Shown: one piece after another, positions 10,723-19,940 of the stretch
Layout: each line of letters starts with the position of its first letter
How positions within the stretch are numbered: position 1 is the stretch's first letter
NCBI GenBank assembly: GCA_963674705.1
Contig: OY771506.1
Span: forward strand, 4,064,001 to 4,128,000
Length of the DNA stretch: 64,000 nt
Reading direction: 5' to 3'
Source of the DNA: Phycisphaeraceae bacterium
GTDB taxonomy: Bacteria; Planctomycetota; Phycisphaerae; Phycisphaerales; Phycisphaeraceae
Notes under the pieces: generated by a model
Database searches by the model: none
Told to the model about the DNA's origin: nothing
Seen by the model: the letters and a program-made list of their open reading frames with translations, nothing else
Made by a program: the position numbers and the translations under genes

Positions 10723-12180
10723 TTAAAGCGTCGGTCGAGCTTGATAGTACCCTGCGGCCGCCTCATATACACGGGCGACCTTCAGCAATCGCGATTCATC
10801 AAACGCCGCCCCCAATAGTTGAATCCCGACCGGCAGTTGCTTGCCATCGACTTCCGCGAATCCGCCCGGTAGGCTGATGCCGGCGATCCCGGCCAGGTTG
10901 CAGTTCACGGTATAAACGTCGTTGAGATACATCGCCAACGGATCGTCCGTCAGTTCCCCGATCTTGAACGCCGGGGCCGTAGTAGTCGGGCAGAGGATCG
11001 CGTCGCACTGTTTGAACGCAGCATCAAAATCGTTCTTGATCAGCCTGCGTACTTTCAGCGCCCGGTTGTAATACGCATCGTAATACCCGCTGGATAGGGC
11101 GTACGTACCCAGCATAATCCGGCGTTTGACCTCGTCACCAAAACCTTCAGCCCGGCTTCGGCAATATAGATCGATCAAGTCTTCGGCCTTGTCCGTGCGG
11201 TGGCCGTAGTGCACGCCGTCATAACGGGCGAGGTTCGAGGATGCTTCGGCGGTCGCAACGATGTAATACACCGGGATCCCATATTCGGTGTGCGGCAGGC
11301 TGACCTCGACGACCTCAGCTCCCGCGTCCTTGTAGATCTGGATAGCCTTATCCATCGCGGCAGCGACGGCCGGGTCGTTGGAATCAGACAGATATTCCTT
11401 GGCGATCCCGATCCGGATGCGATCGGGCTTTTCATCCACACGGTCCAGGTCGCCCGGCACCTCAACATCAGCCGAAGTTGAATCCAGTGGATCAAGCCCC
11501 GACATAACTTTCAGCAGTAGGGCGGTGTCGCCGACAGTGCGGGAGAACGGCCCAACCTGGTCAAGACTCGACGCAAACGCGACCAGCCCGTGACGTGAGA
11601 TACGGCCATAAGTCGGTTTCATCCCGACGATGCCACAAAGCGCCGCCGGCTGACGGATGGACCCGCCGGTATCGGTGCCGATGGAAGCCGCACAAAGGTC
11701 CGCCGCCATGGCCGCTGCCGATCCACCGCTGGACCCGCCGGGCACACGGTCGGTATCCCATGGGTTCCGAGTCGTGGCAAACGCTGAGTTCTCAGTCGAC
11801 GAGCCCATGGCAAACTCGTCCATGTTCGTCTTGCCGAGAATAACCGCGCCCGCGTCTTCCAGCTTCTGTACGGCCGTTGCCATGTAGGGGGCCTGGAAGT
11901 TCTGAAGCATCCTGGAAGAGCAGGTCGTGTGGCCGTAGCTCGTGCAAAGCAGGTCCTTGATCGCGATCGGTACGCCAGCCAGCGCCCCGGTCGCCTTACC
12001 GGCATCCACTGCCGCAGCCTGCTGCATCGCACGCTCAGAGTACACTTCGTGATAAACGTGCAAACGCTCGTTATGAACCTTGATCCGGTCCAGGTAGGCC
12101 TTAGTCGCCTCAACCGAAGAGACCTGCTTACTCGCGATCGCGTCACGCAGTTCAACTAATGTGGTGTCGGTCGGATTCAT
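10723..12180 (-). CDS. gatA: Asp-tRNA(Asn)/Glu-tRNA(Gln) amidotransferase subunit A
   Basis: GKTNMDEFAMGSSTE, GGSSGGS, GTDTGGSIRQPA, SSNLARYDG. Confidence 0.97.
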   Translation of the reverse strand: MNPTDTTLVELRDAIASKQVSSVEATKAYLDRIKVHNERLHVYHEVYSERAMQQAAAVDAGKATGALAGVPIAIKDLLCTSYGHTTCSSRMLQNFQAPYMATAVQKLEDAGAVILGKTNMDEFAMGSSTENSAFATTRNPWDTDRVPGGSSGGSAAAMAADLCAASIGTDTGGSIRQPAALCGIVGMKPTYGRISRHGLVAFASSLDQVGPFSRTVGDTALLLKVMSGLDPLDSTSADVEVPGDLDRVDEKPDRIRIGIAKEYLSDSNDPAVAAAMDKAIQIYKDAGAEVVEVSLPHTEYGIPVYYIVATAEASSNLARYDGVHYGHRTDKAEDLIDLYCRSRAEGFGDEVKRRIMLGTYALSSGYYDAYYNRALKVRRLIKNDFDAAFKQCDAILCPTTTAPAFKIGELTDDPLAMYLNDVYTVNCNLAGIAGISLPGGFAEVDGKQLPVGIQLLGAAFDESRLLKVARVYEAAAGYYQARPTL

Positions 12181-12491
12181 GCGCTCGGCCCATCCCCCAG
12201 TACTTTCGGTACCTTGAAAAACGGTGGTGTCTTGGCCGGGGCATTCGCCAGGGCGGTATCCGTGTCTATACCCGGTTGCTCCACGTCGGGCCGCAGCACG
12301 TTCGCCAACTCCAGCGGATGGGCCATCGGCTCCACCCCGTCCACATCCAACTCGTTGAGCTTGCCGATATACCCCAGCACGGCCGCGAGCTGCTCGGTGA
12401 AGTGATGCACTTCCTCGTCACTCAGATGCAGCCGACTGAGCTTCGCTACATGCCGGACATCGTCCTCGGTAATAGTTTTGGTTTCAGACAT
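12177..12491 (-). CDS. gatC: Asp-tRNA(Asn)/Glu-tRNA(Gln) amidotransferase subunit C
   Basis: HVAKLSRL...FFKVPKV; overlaps gatA start; start set at MSETKT. Confidence 0.93.
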   Translation of the reverse strand: MSETKTITEDDVRHVAKLSRLHLSDEEVHHFTEQLAAVLGYIGKLNELDVDGVEPMAHPLELANVLRPDVEQPGIDTDTALANAPAKTPPFFKVPKVLGDGPSA

Positions 12492-12509
12492 GCAGTGATG
12501 ATAGCAAAG

Positions 12510-12635
12510 AGGGTGTAAGGTGTGGGGTTGGGGGGGCAGGGTGTGGGGTGTGAAAGCAAAAGTCATGACCGAGTGTGGCCCTCTGGCTAAATCCCATACC
12601 CTAGACCTTGCACCCCAGACCCTATACCCTACCCA
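12510..12635. repeat. Degenerate heptamer tandem repeats, G-rich block then C-rich block
   Basis: GGGTGTA/GGGTGTG units at ~12511-12552 and CCCATAC/CCTAGAC/CCCAGAC/CCTATAC units at ~12593-12635. Confidence 0.6.
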
Positions 12636-12636
12636 C

Positions 12637-12996
12637 ATGCCTGACACCAAACTGCTCGAATGCTTCGACAACCCCAGCCCCGGCCGCGACTACGTGATCG
12701 AACACGTGGCCGAGGAATTCACCAGCGTCTGCCCCAAGACCGGGCACCCGGACTTCGGTACCGTGATCCTCCGCTACGTCCCGGACAAACTCTGCGTGGA
12801 GCTTAAGAGCCTCAAACTCTACTACCAGGCCTACCGCAACGAAGGCATCTTCTACGAGGCCGTTACCAACAAGATCGCCGACGACCTGGCGGAACTGATG
12901 AATCCCAAATGGATGCTCCTTCGCACCGACTGGACCGGCAGAGGCGGGATTCATTCATCGATCGAGGTAGAGTTAGGACAAACTCCGGACGAGTGA
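12637..12996 (+). CDS. queF: NADPH-dependent 7-cyano-7-deazaguanine (preQ0) reductase
   Basis: EFTSVCPKTGHPDF, VELKSLKLY, RGGI. Confidence 0.93.
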   Translation: MPDTKLLECFDNPSPGRDYVIEHVAEEFTSVCPKTGHPDFGTVILRYVPDKLCVELKSLKLYYQAYRNEGIFYEAVTNKIADDLAELMNPKWMLLRTDWTGRGGIHSSIEVELGQTPDE

Positions 12997-13027
12997 ATAT
13001 CTGTAACATCACAATAGGGGCCAAATA

Positions 13028-13351
13028 ATGTGGGAGTTCTTCAATCATCCGATCGTCGACACCAACTCCCCCTGGCTGACCACCTACCGTAGTATCTATA
13101 TCCCATTCAACCTCATCGAAGCGGCTTTCTGGTTCGCGATTGGTTTGTACGTACTTATCCGATACTTACGGCACCGCAAGACCTGGTACGAGTTGCAATA
13201 CTCGCTGTCCTTCTCTTTGTTTGGAATCACGGACCTCATCGAAACACACAGCACAACACTCTGGCTGCTTGGCTTCAAAGCCGCATGCCTGTTAGCGATC
13301 CTGCAAGGGCGCAAACTCGTGCTCGGTTTCTATCCCGACGCTAAGCTGTGA
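13028..13351 (+). CDS. Small membrane hypothetical protein
   Basis: 107 aa ORF with hydrophobic segments, FNLIEAAFW and FGITDLIE. Confidence 0.6.
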   Translation: MWEFFNHPIVDTNSPWLTTYRSIYIPFNLIEAAFWFAIGLYVLIRYLRHRKTWYELQYSLSFSLFGITDLIETHSTTLWLLGFKAACLLAILQGRKLVLGFYPDAKL

Positions 13352-13362
13352 GTAGGTCAGGC

Positions 13363-15165
13363 TCACCTTCTGTGACGCAACACGCCGGCCAATCCACCTA
13401 GCGTCAGTATGGCTACCGTACCCGGCTCAGGGATGACGGTATCAGTTGGAGGCGTGCCTGCATTCCAGTTATTCAGGACCACATCCAGGTCGTCCAGGCC
13501 GATGTAGCCGTCGCCGTTGGCATCACCAGCGGTCAGATCGCCGGGCGTTACGTTGGTGTTCCAGTTGTTGAGGATGATGTCCAGGTCGTCCAGGCCGACA
13601 AATCCGTCGCCATTGAGATCGCCGTCAAGGATCGATAGGCCTGAATCCCAGTAGATATCATCGAGCGCGAAGTCGATGTAGGCTCCGTGTTCTTCCAGAA
13701 TCACAAACGAGTAGCTGAGCATCCGCAGATCGATCGCGGTGCCGCGGATGTCGCTGACAGGGATCGAGGCCTGGCCCCACTGCCCGTTACGCTCAAGCCC
13801 GTAAGTTGTCTGATAGGCGGGGAATTCGACGTATTGCTGATTGCCCCAGGCGTCGATGATGCCGATCTTGAACGTTACGTTGGCCGGTATATTGATGCTG
13901 AAGTTGAGGAACCCGTCACCGAAGTCAAACAGGTTCAATGGCTGATCCGACATGATGCCCGCACCGAACCAACCGGCGCCGGCCGAGTGCCAGGACAGGA
14001 CGTTGTCGCCTTCCAGAGGTGCGATCGAACTCTCAGTCAAGGTTCCCTCCCACACGAAAATCCTGGAGTCAACGTCGGGTGTCAGTTCCCCGTTGACCGG
14101 TGTGTTGTCGGTGTAGAGACCGAACTTGCCGTTTTGAGCGACCGGCGGGCCGATATGCACATCGCCCTGACCGTTCCATTCGTATACGCGGATGTAGTCA
14201 ACGAACATCTCCGCATTAAACGGCATGGAAACCGGTGCGCCGGTGCCGGGGTCGCCGAGGTTGTAGGCATCGGTAAACGCTCCGCCGATAGCCATGTTGG
14301 CGATCAGGTAGAAGGGGTGGCGAAACTCATCCGAATCATCATCGATCATGAAGGGTGCAGCGTACAGATCGTGCTCGATACCGTTATCGACCACCGTCAT
14401 GCGCAGGCTACTTTCATCCCAGTACAACCGATAGGTCAGGAAACGATCGGTCAATCCGGAGTAGTTGTAATAAGGCCTGACATAATCATCGTCCGGGTCC
14501 CATGAAAGGCTGGCTGCGCCGCTTGGATTTTCAGGCGTAACAGCATCCGCGGAATAAAAAATCGCGTTCGCACCGACGACCTGGTTAACGGTCGAGTTAT
14601 TCAAACCGTTACCGCCGTTATGCTCATCGTGCAGGTCGCGGAAAGCCTGCTGAGAGCCCAGTTCCATCATGTCGATCTCGCCCTTGTAAGGCCAGTTCCA
14701 GTTGGACGTACCCAAAAGCCAGACCGCGGGCCAGCCGCCCAGATCGATGTCGGGCACTCTAACCCGGGTTTCGATCATGCCGTACTGAACCGATACTTTT
14801 GACTTGGAGACGACCTTGCCCGAGGTATAGTTCAGCGGGTTGCCCCATTGATCGACAATGCCCGGACCGCTCTGCTGCTTTGCGGTGATGCGAAGGGCGG
14901 TATTGCCTGATTCGCCCGGGACCGCCGCGATGTCAACGTTGTCCTCGGAGTAGTACTGAAGTTCGCCGTTGCCCCAACCCCAACTGCCGTTGCCGGTTTC
15001 CACGATCCAGTTATCCAGATTGCTGAAGTTTTCTTCCCAGAGCAGGGCACCCACTTGAGCGTGGACAACACTACCTGAAAGTAGCAATGCGGCTGACGTT
15101 GTGATTGCCACCCGTGCCACATTTTGCTTCAAACCGACCGTCTGGCGAGACCTGACTGACTTCAT
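13363..15165 (-). CDS. GH16 glycoside hydrolase with dockerin-like repeat and PEP-CTERM anchor
   Basis: WGNGELQYY, WPAVWLL, catalytic EIDMME; two GDxNGDGxxGLDDLD repeats; IPEP + TM + RHRR. Confidence 0.9.
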   Translation of the reverse strand: MKSVRSRQTVGLKQNVARVAITTSAALLLSGSVVHAQVGALLWEENFSNLDNWIVETGNGSWGWGNGELQYYSEDNVDIAAVPGESGNTALRITAKQQSGPGIVDQWGNPLNYTSGKVVSKSKVSVQYGMIETRVRVPDIDLGGWPAVWLLGTSNWNWPYKGEIDMMELGSQQAFRDLHDEHNGGNGLNNSTVNQVVGANAIFYSADAVTPENPSGAASLSWDPDDDYVRPYYNYSGLTDRFLTYRLYWDESSLRMTVVDNGIEHDLYAAPFMIDDDSDEFRHPFYLIANMAIGGAFTDAYNLGDPGTGAPVSMPFNAEMFVDYIRVYEWNGQGDVHIGPPVAQNGKFGLYTDNTPVNGELTPDVDSRIFVWEGTLTESSIAPLEGDNVLSWHSAGAGWFGAGIMSDQPLNLFDFGDGFLNFSINIPANVTFKIGIIDAWGNQQYVEFPAYQTTYGLERNGQWGQASIPVSDIRGTAIDLRMLSYSFVILEEHGAYIDFALDDIYWDSGLSILDGDLNGDGFVGLDDLDIILNNWNTNVTPGDLTAGDANGDGYIGLDDLDVVLNNWNAGTPPTDTVIPEPGTVAILTLGGLAGVLRHRR

Positions 15166-15422
15166 GGGCCGTTTCCTCCAAGGTTAAAAACCGCGCATAC
15201 GTAATCTCATACATAAGAGCTTCTGCTGTTATGGTGATTGCGAATATAACACGTACAAGTTTGGGAATACAGGGCAATATCACATGTAACAACAGTTTCA
15301 AACAACACTTGCGAGTAAAGCTGTTACATGAACTAATGGAACCGGTTTTAGGATCAATAAAGCCGACTTTGTCCGACTGATCGGTCATTCGTCGTCGTTC
15401 ATCCCAATGATACGCTGGTGGT

Positions 15423-15995
15423 TCACCCGACCTGTTTTTGGCGGAAGCAACCTGCCTCGTGGTCGTTGACCATGCCCACGGCTTGCATGAAGGCGTAGCA
15501 GATCGTCGTGCCGACAAACTTGAAGCCCCGCTTTTTCAGGTCCTTGCTCATCGCGTCGGATTCAGGTGTACTGGCTGGAATCTCTTTCAGCGACTTGTAT
15601 CGGTTCTGTTTTGGCTTGCCACCGACAAACTGCCAGATGTAGGCACCGAAGCTGCCGAACTCATCCTGTACTTCAAGAAAAGCCTTGGCGTTCTGGATCG
15701 ACGCAGCAACTTTCAAGCGGTTGCGAACGATGCCCGGGTCGGCCAGTAGTTGCTCCACTTTCTTGTCCGTGTACCGCGCGATCTTCCGGGGGTCGAAGCC
15801 GTCGTATACCCTCCGGTAGTGAACTCGCTTCTTCAGGATCGTTTCCCAACTCAATCCAGCTTGAGCACCTTCGAGGATCAAAAATTCAAACAGCAGTCGA
15901 TCATCATGGACCGCAACCCCCCATTCGGTGTCGTGATATTCCTGCAGACTCTCTTTAGCAGCCCACTTACAGCGTTGTATTGATGATTCTGTCAT
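15423..15995 (-). CDS. tag: DNA-3-methyladenine glycosylase I
   Basis: [53 protein letters not shown]; start set at MTESS. Confidence 0.95.
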   Translation of the reverse strand: MTESSIQRCKWAAKESLQEYHDTEWGVAVHDDRLLFEFLILEGAQAGLSWETILKKRVHYRRVYDGFDPRKIARYTDKKVEQLLADPGIVRNRLKVAASIQNAKAFLEVQDEFGSFGAYIWQFVGGKPKQNRYKSLKEIPASTPESDAMSKDLKKRGFKFVGTTICYAFMQAVGMVNDHEAGCFRQKQVG

Positions 15996-16037
15996 TGTTT
16001 TGTGGCCTGTCCGTGTGGTCGCTATCCTACCCGAACC

Positions 16038-16943
16038 ATGAGCATACTCGTTGATAAAAACACGAAACTGATCTGCCAAGGCATCACCGGTTCGGCTGGT
16101 GCTTTTCACACCAAAGGGTGTCTTGATTACGGCACGAAAGTGGTAGGCGGCGTCACACCCGGCAAGGGCGGTCAGAAAGACGACAACGGCCTGCCGATCT
16201 TCAATACCGTCATCGAAGCGGTAAAAGCAACCGGCGCGGATGCAACGATGATCTTTGTCCCGCCGCCGTTCGCTGCCGATGCGATCCTTGAAGCAGCGGA
16301 CGCGGGGATCAAGATGATCGTCTGCATCACCGAAGGCGTCCCCGTTCAGGACATGATGCGCGTCAAGAAAACGCTGGCCCATGATAAATTCGACGGCATT
16401 CGCCTGATTGGGCCCAACTGCCCAGGCATCATCACGCCGGATGAGTGCAAAATCGGCATCATGCCCGGCTACATCCACGTCCCGGCAAGCAAGTCCAAGA
16501 CCGGCAAGAGCGTCGGGATCATCAGCCGATCCGGCACGCTGACCTACGAAGCCGTCTGGCAGGCGGCGAACCACGGACTCGGCCAGACCACTTGCATCGG
16601 CATCGGCGGCGATCCTGTCCGCGGGATGGACTTCATCGACTGCCTGGCACTTTTCAATGCCGATGATGAAACCGACGGCATCATCCTGATCGGTGAAATC
16701 GGCGGCAGCGACGAGGAAAAAGCGGCCGCGTACATCAAGGCGAACGTCAAGAAACCGGTCGCCGCATTTATCGCGGGACGCACCGCGCCGCCCGGCCGAC
16801 GCATGGGCCACGCCGGCGCGATCATCTCCGGCGGCGAAGGCGGTGCCGAATCCAAGATCGACGCCCTGCGCAGCGCAGGCTGTCATATCGCCGACTCCCC
16901 GGCCGACCTCGGCAGCACGATTGCCCAGGCCCTGAACGTCTGA
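16038..16943 (+). CDS. sucD: Succinyl-CoA synthetase alpha subunit
   Basis: [26 protein letters not shown]. Confidence 0.97.
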   Translation: MSILVDKNTKLICQGITGSAGAFHTKGCLDYGTKVVGGVTPGKGGQKDDNGLPIFNTVIEAVKATGADATMIFVPPPFAADAILEAADAGIKMIVCITEGVPVQDMMRVKKTLAHDKFDGIRLIGPNCPGIITPDECKIGIMPGYIHVPASKSKTGKSVGIISRSGTLTYEAVWQAANHGLGQTTCIGIGGDPVRGMDFIDCLALFNADDETDGIILIGEIGGSDEEKAAAYIKANVKKPVAAFIAGRTAPPGRRMGHAGAIISGGEGGAESKIDALRSAGCHIADSPADLGSTIAQALNV

Positions 16944-16982
16944 TCTTGTAGCCTGCTGCAAGACAAGCCATACTTCCGCTCT

Positions 16983-17393
16983 ATGGCAATCCGTTACACC
17001 AGTTCGTTGGATGGCATTACCCCCGATCAACTTCAGGGGTTTTTCGTGGGCTGGAAAAATCCTCTCACGCCAGAGGATCATCTTACGATGCTCCATGGAA
17101 GCAGCATGGTTGAACTGGCGATCGATACCGAAACCGGCAATGTTGTAGGCTTCATCAACGTTTTAACCGACGGGCAGCAGGCCGGGTTTATCCCTTGCCT
17201 GGAGGTCTTGCCGGCCCATCAAGGGCAGGGCATCGGCACACAACTGCTGCGACGAATTCTTACGCGTATGGAGCACCTTCAAGCCATCGATCTCGTCTGT
17301 GATCCGCCCTTGAAGTCGTTTTACGAAAAGTTTGATATGCGTGCAGGCACCTGCATGATGCTGCGCCGAACATGGATGTCTGACCACTCATGA
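16983..17393 (+). CDS. GNAT family N-acetyltransferase
   Basis: LEVLPAHQGQGIG motif A; FYEKF. Confidence 0.88.
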   Translation: MAIRYTSSLDGITPDQLQGFFVGWKNPLTPEDHLTMLHGSSMVELAIDTETGNVVGFINVLTDGQQAGFIPCLEVLPAHQGQGIGTQLLRRILTRMEHLQAIDLVCDPPLKSFYEKFDMRAGTCMMLRRTWMSDHS

Positions 17394-17950
17394 GTAATGA
17401 CATCTCTCATCTTCAAGCACTATTAAGTGATCGCGACTGTGCGTGTCCACATTGCGGTTACAACCTGCGCGGATTGTCTGCGGATCACTGCCCGGAATGC
17501 GGCAAAACAATCGACATCTCCGCGATCTTCAAACGACGGGAACGGCTGGACTACGCATGGCTGATCATGCTGTCGTCATTCGTTGCGGCTCTGCCGTGGA
17601 GCGTATTCTTTGTCTGGCAGCGCCTGTTTATCCGCGGCAAGATCCACTACGGCGACGATTGGAATCCCACGATCCAGGACTACGGCCGGGGCCTGTTGGA
17701 TCGGCCGTTCGGCGAGGGATTGATGATGCTTGCATCCTCGATCTGGTGGTTGAGTGTGCCTTTTGTCTATGTGACGTTGGTTGTTTTTCGACGCAAGATC
17801 GCACGCTGGCCTCGAATCGTGCGATGGCTGTTGGCTGTCGCGTGCCTCGTGATGGTGCTTCTGGCGTATCGCCGCTGGCAGTGGTGGTACTACCACTACG
17901 GTTTCAACGGTTCGCGATACCCGGATTGGCCCTGGTGGTATATTGGCTGA
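17390..17950 (+). CDS. Membrane protein with N-terminal CxxCGY..CPECG zinc ribbon
   Basis: CPHCGYNLRGLSADHCPECG followed by three hydrophobic segments. Confidence 0.75.
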   Translation: MSNDISHLQALLSDRDCACPHCGYNLRGLSADHCPECGKTIDISAIFKRRERLDYAWLIMLSSFVAALPWSVFFVWQRLFIRGKIHYGDDWNPTIQDYGRGLLDRPFGEGLMMLASSIWWLSVPFVYVTLVVFRRKIARWPRIVRWLLAVACLVMVLLAYRRWQWWYYHYGFNGSRYPDWPWWYIG

Positions 17951-18394
17951 TTAAATGTATTTTTCGATATTCAAACGAAACACCACTTCATCAATACCAC
18001 CCTCATTGACCCCCCGGACACAACCGCTATCCACAAAGCCTAAGTGTCTATGCCACGCCTGCGGTTCAGGCTCATTGGCTTGGGATGAACTGAAAAGCTG
18101 CTGATGCCCATGGTCTCGTAAATACAAACACAAATACCGCAAGAGCTGCCTGGACAATCCATGCTTGCGATAATCGGGCAGAATCCGGATCAAACCCATG
18201 TATGGCAGAGTCGTCCAGATATATTCAAGTCGGATCAATCCCACGATCTGACAATCCATCTCGGTAATGATGTACTGCTGCTGAGCGATCAGCCGCTCAA
18301 CCTTCTGTTTATCCACAGCGTGGTCAAGTTCGCATAGCTGCGGTATATCCCCCGGCTGTGCAAATCTCACAAGCGGTTGTCTGGTTGCGTCCAT
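17951..18394 (-). CDS. GNAT family N-acetyltransferase
   Basis: ILPDYRKHGLS, WHRHLGF. Confidence 0.78.
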   Translation of the reverse strand: MDATRQPLVRFAQPGDIPQLCELDHAVDKQKVERLIAQQQYIITEMDCQIVGLIRLEYIWTTLPYMGLIRILPDYRKHGLSRQLLRYLCLYLRDHGHQQLFSSSQANEPEPQAWHRHLGFVDSGCVRGVNEGGIDEVVFRLNIEKYI

Positions 18395-18409
18395 TGTTGC
18401 TGCGTCGAG

Positions 18410-19594
18410 TTAGCGTGAACGCCTTGGATTTCGGCCCGAGAGACCGCTTCGACCGGGCCGATTGTCATCACGTGGTGATGGCGGAGATGACGGTGAGTCA
18501 TCGTCGGGCATGGGCTCCTCAGGCGGCTCCTCGCCTTCGGGCGGCCGATTGTGCTCCTCGTTGGCGAATTTACCGAAGATCATCCGGCCGGCGGAGGTCT
18601 GGAGTGTGCTGGTGACGATCAGGTCAACGTCCTGGCCCAGATGTGACCGGCCGTACTCCACCACGACCATAGTCCCGTCATCCAGGTAGCCCACCCCCTG
18701 ATTTGGCCCCTCGCCGCCTTTGACGAGTTTTACGTTCAAGTGCTCGCCTGGCAGCACGACCGGCCTGAGGGATTTGGCCAGATCGTTGAGATTGATCACA
18801 TCTACCCCACGCAAGGTAGCCACTTTGTTCAGGTTATAGTCGTTAGTCATCACCCGGCCACGCGTGAGTTGGGCCAGTGAGATCAGCTTCTGATCGACGA
18901 CGGCTCCCTCGACTTCCCGATCGTCGATGATCACCTCAACGATATGGTTTTCTCGTAGCTTCTGAAGCATCTCCAATCCCCGGCGGCCGCGAGCCCGCTT
19001 GAGCTTGTCGCTTGAGTCAGCGATTGTCTGCAGTTCGTTGAGCACGAACCTCGGGACGATCAGAATCCCCTGAATGACCTGCGTCTGGATGATGTCCAGA
19101 ATACGTCCGTCCACGATCACGGATGTATCCAGCAGGATCGGACGATTGCCACGGGTTTCCTTGGCAAACTCGACGTAGGGGATCACGAAGCGGAAGTCGT
19201 CCTTGGTCTGCAGGACCAGTGAGATGCCGAGGTAGCAGGTGATCAGCCCGATGATCACCTTGACACCTCGCAAGAGGTTCAGGAAGGCTGCCCTGGCCGT
19301 ATCATCCTTCGGTGCAGTCAGCACACCGATCAGGTCAACCACAAACGACAGCGCGTAGGCGGCAAGCAGACCAGCGACCAGACCCAGAAATACCCCTGAG
19401 ACGGCAGAGAGCTTCTTGTGATAGGTCCAGGCATCAACCGCAATAATCGCCGCGGTAATACCCACCGTTAAGCTGAGTAAAATCACAAACATCGGTAAAT
19501 CGATGTTTGCGCCCCATTGATTGGATAGCAGGTAAAGGGAGGTTACGGCCGCAGCCAGGAGGATGAATGCTCCACGCAAGATGTAAAGGATCAT
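18410..19594 (-). CDS. PIN/TRAM domain membrane protein (YacL family)
   Basis: N-terminal TMs, LDTSVIVDGRI, RGRRGLEML, TNDYNLNKVA, GVGYLDDGTMVVVE, QTSAGRMIF. Confidence 0.93.
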   Translation of the reverse strand: MILYILRGAFILLAAAVTSLYLLSNQWGANIDLPMFVILLSLTVGITAAIIAVDAWTYHKKLSAVSGVFLGLVAGLLAAYALSFVVDLIGVLTAPKDDTARAAFLNLLRGVKVIIGLITCYLGISLVLQTKDDFRFVIPYVEFAKETRGNRPILLDTSVIVDGRILDIIQTQVIQGILIVPRFVLNELQTIADSSDKLKRARGRRGLEMLQKLRENHIVEVIIDDREVEGAVVDQKLISLAQLTRGRVMTNDYNLNKVATLRGVDVINLNDLAKSLRPVVLPGEHLNVKLVKGGEGPNQGVGYLDDGTMVVVEYGRSHLGQDVDLIVTSTLQTSAGRMIFGKFANEEHNRPPEGEEPPEEPMPDDDSPSSPPSPRDDNRPGRSGLSGRNPRRSR

Positions 19595-19743
19595 GATGTC
19601 TCGTCCTTATGATATGGTCACCCCGGGGATATATATGTCTTAAGCATACGCGCAAAACCTTTCTGAGCCAAGGGATTTGCCTCTTGGTCTGCGGATGGGT
19701 ATTGTCACCCATCCGCAGACCACCCGGAGACCCCTCCGGCAGT

Positions 19744-19872
19744 CGTCGCGGAGACAGACGGCCGGGCCCGGTGCACGGGCGGGCTCGTGAACCGGGTCAG
19801 GCCTTGATCGGAGCAGCCCTAAGCGATGTCAGCCCGGTGCCGTCGGTGTCCTGGCCGTCTGTCCCCGCGATG
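19744..19872 (+). ncRNA. ffs: Signal recognition particle RNA (small bacterial type)
   Basis: Long hairpin (CGCGGAGACAGACGGCC pairs with GGCCGTCTGTCCCCGCG) enclosing GTGAACCGGGTCAGG-N10-AGCAGC-CCTAAGCG, the SRP helix 8 signature. Confidence 0.8.
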
Positions 19873-19940
19873 CGTATTGGCTTGTGTTGGAATATCCCTG
19901 CCGGGCGGGTGGGGCGAAATAAGGCAACACTGGTACATTC

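Noticed and set aside
12492..12636. Long N-terminal extensions of gatC and queF, or a preQ1 riboswitch
   Set aside because: Extensions translate the heptamer repeats; no preQ1 aptamer pattern was recognised.
15996..17096. 557-aa ORF suggesting a long N-terminal fusion to Tag glycosylase
   Set aside because: The extension is the antisense shadow of sucD; Tag homology begins at MTESS (15995).
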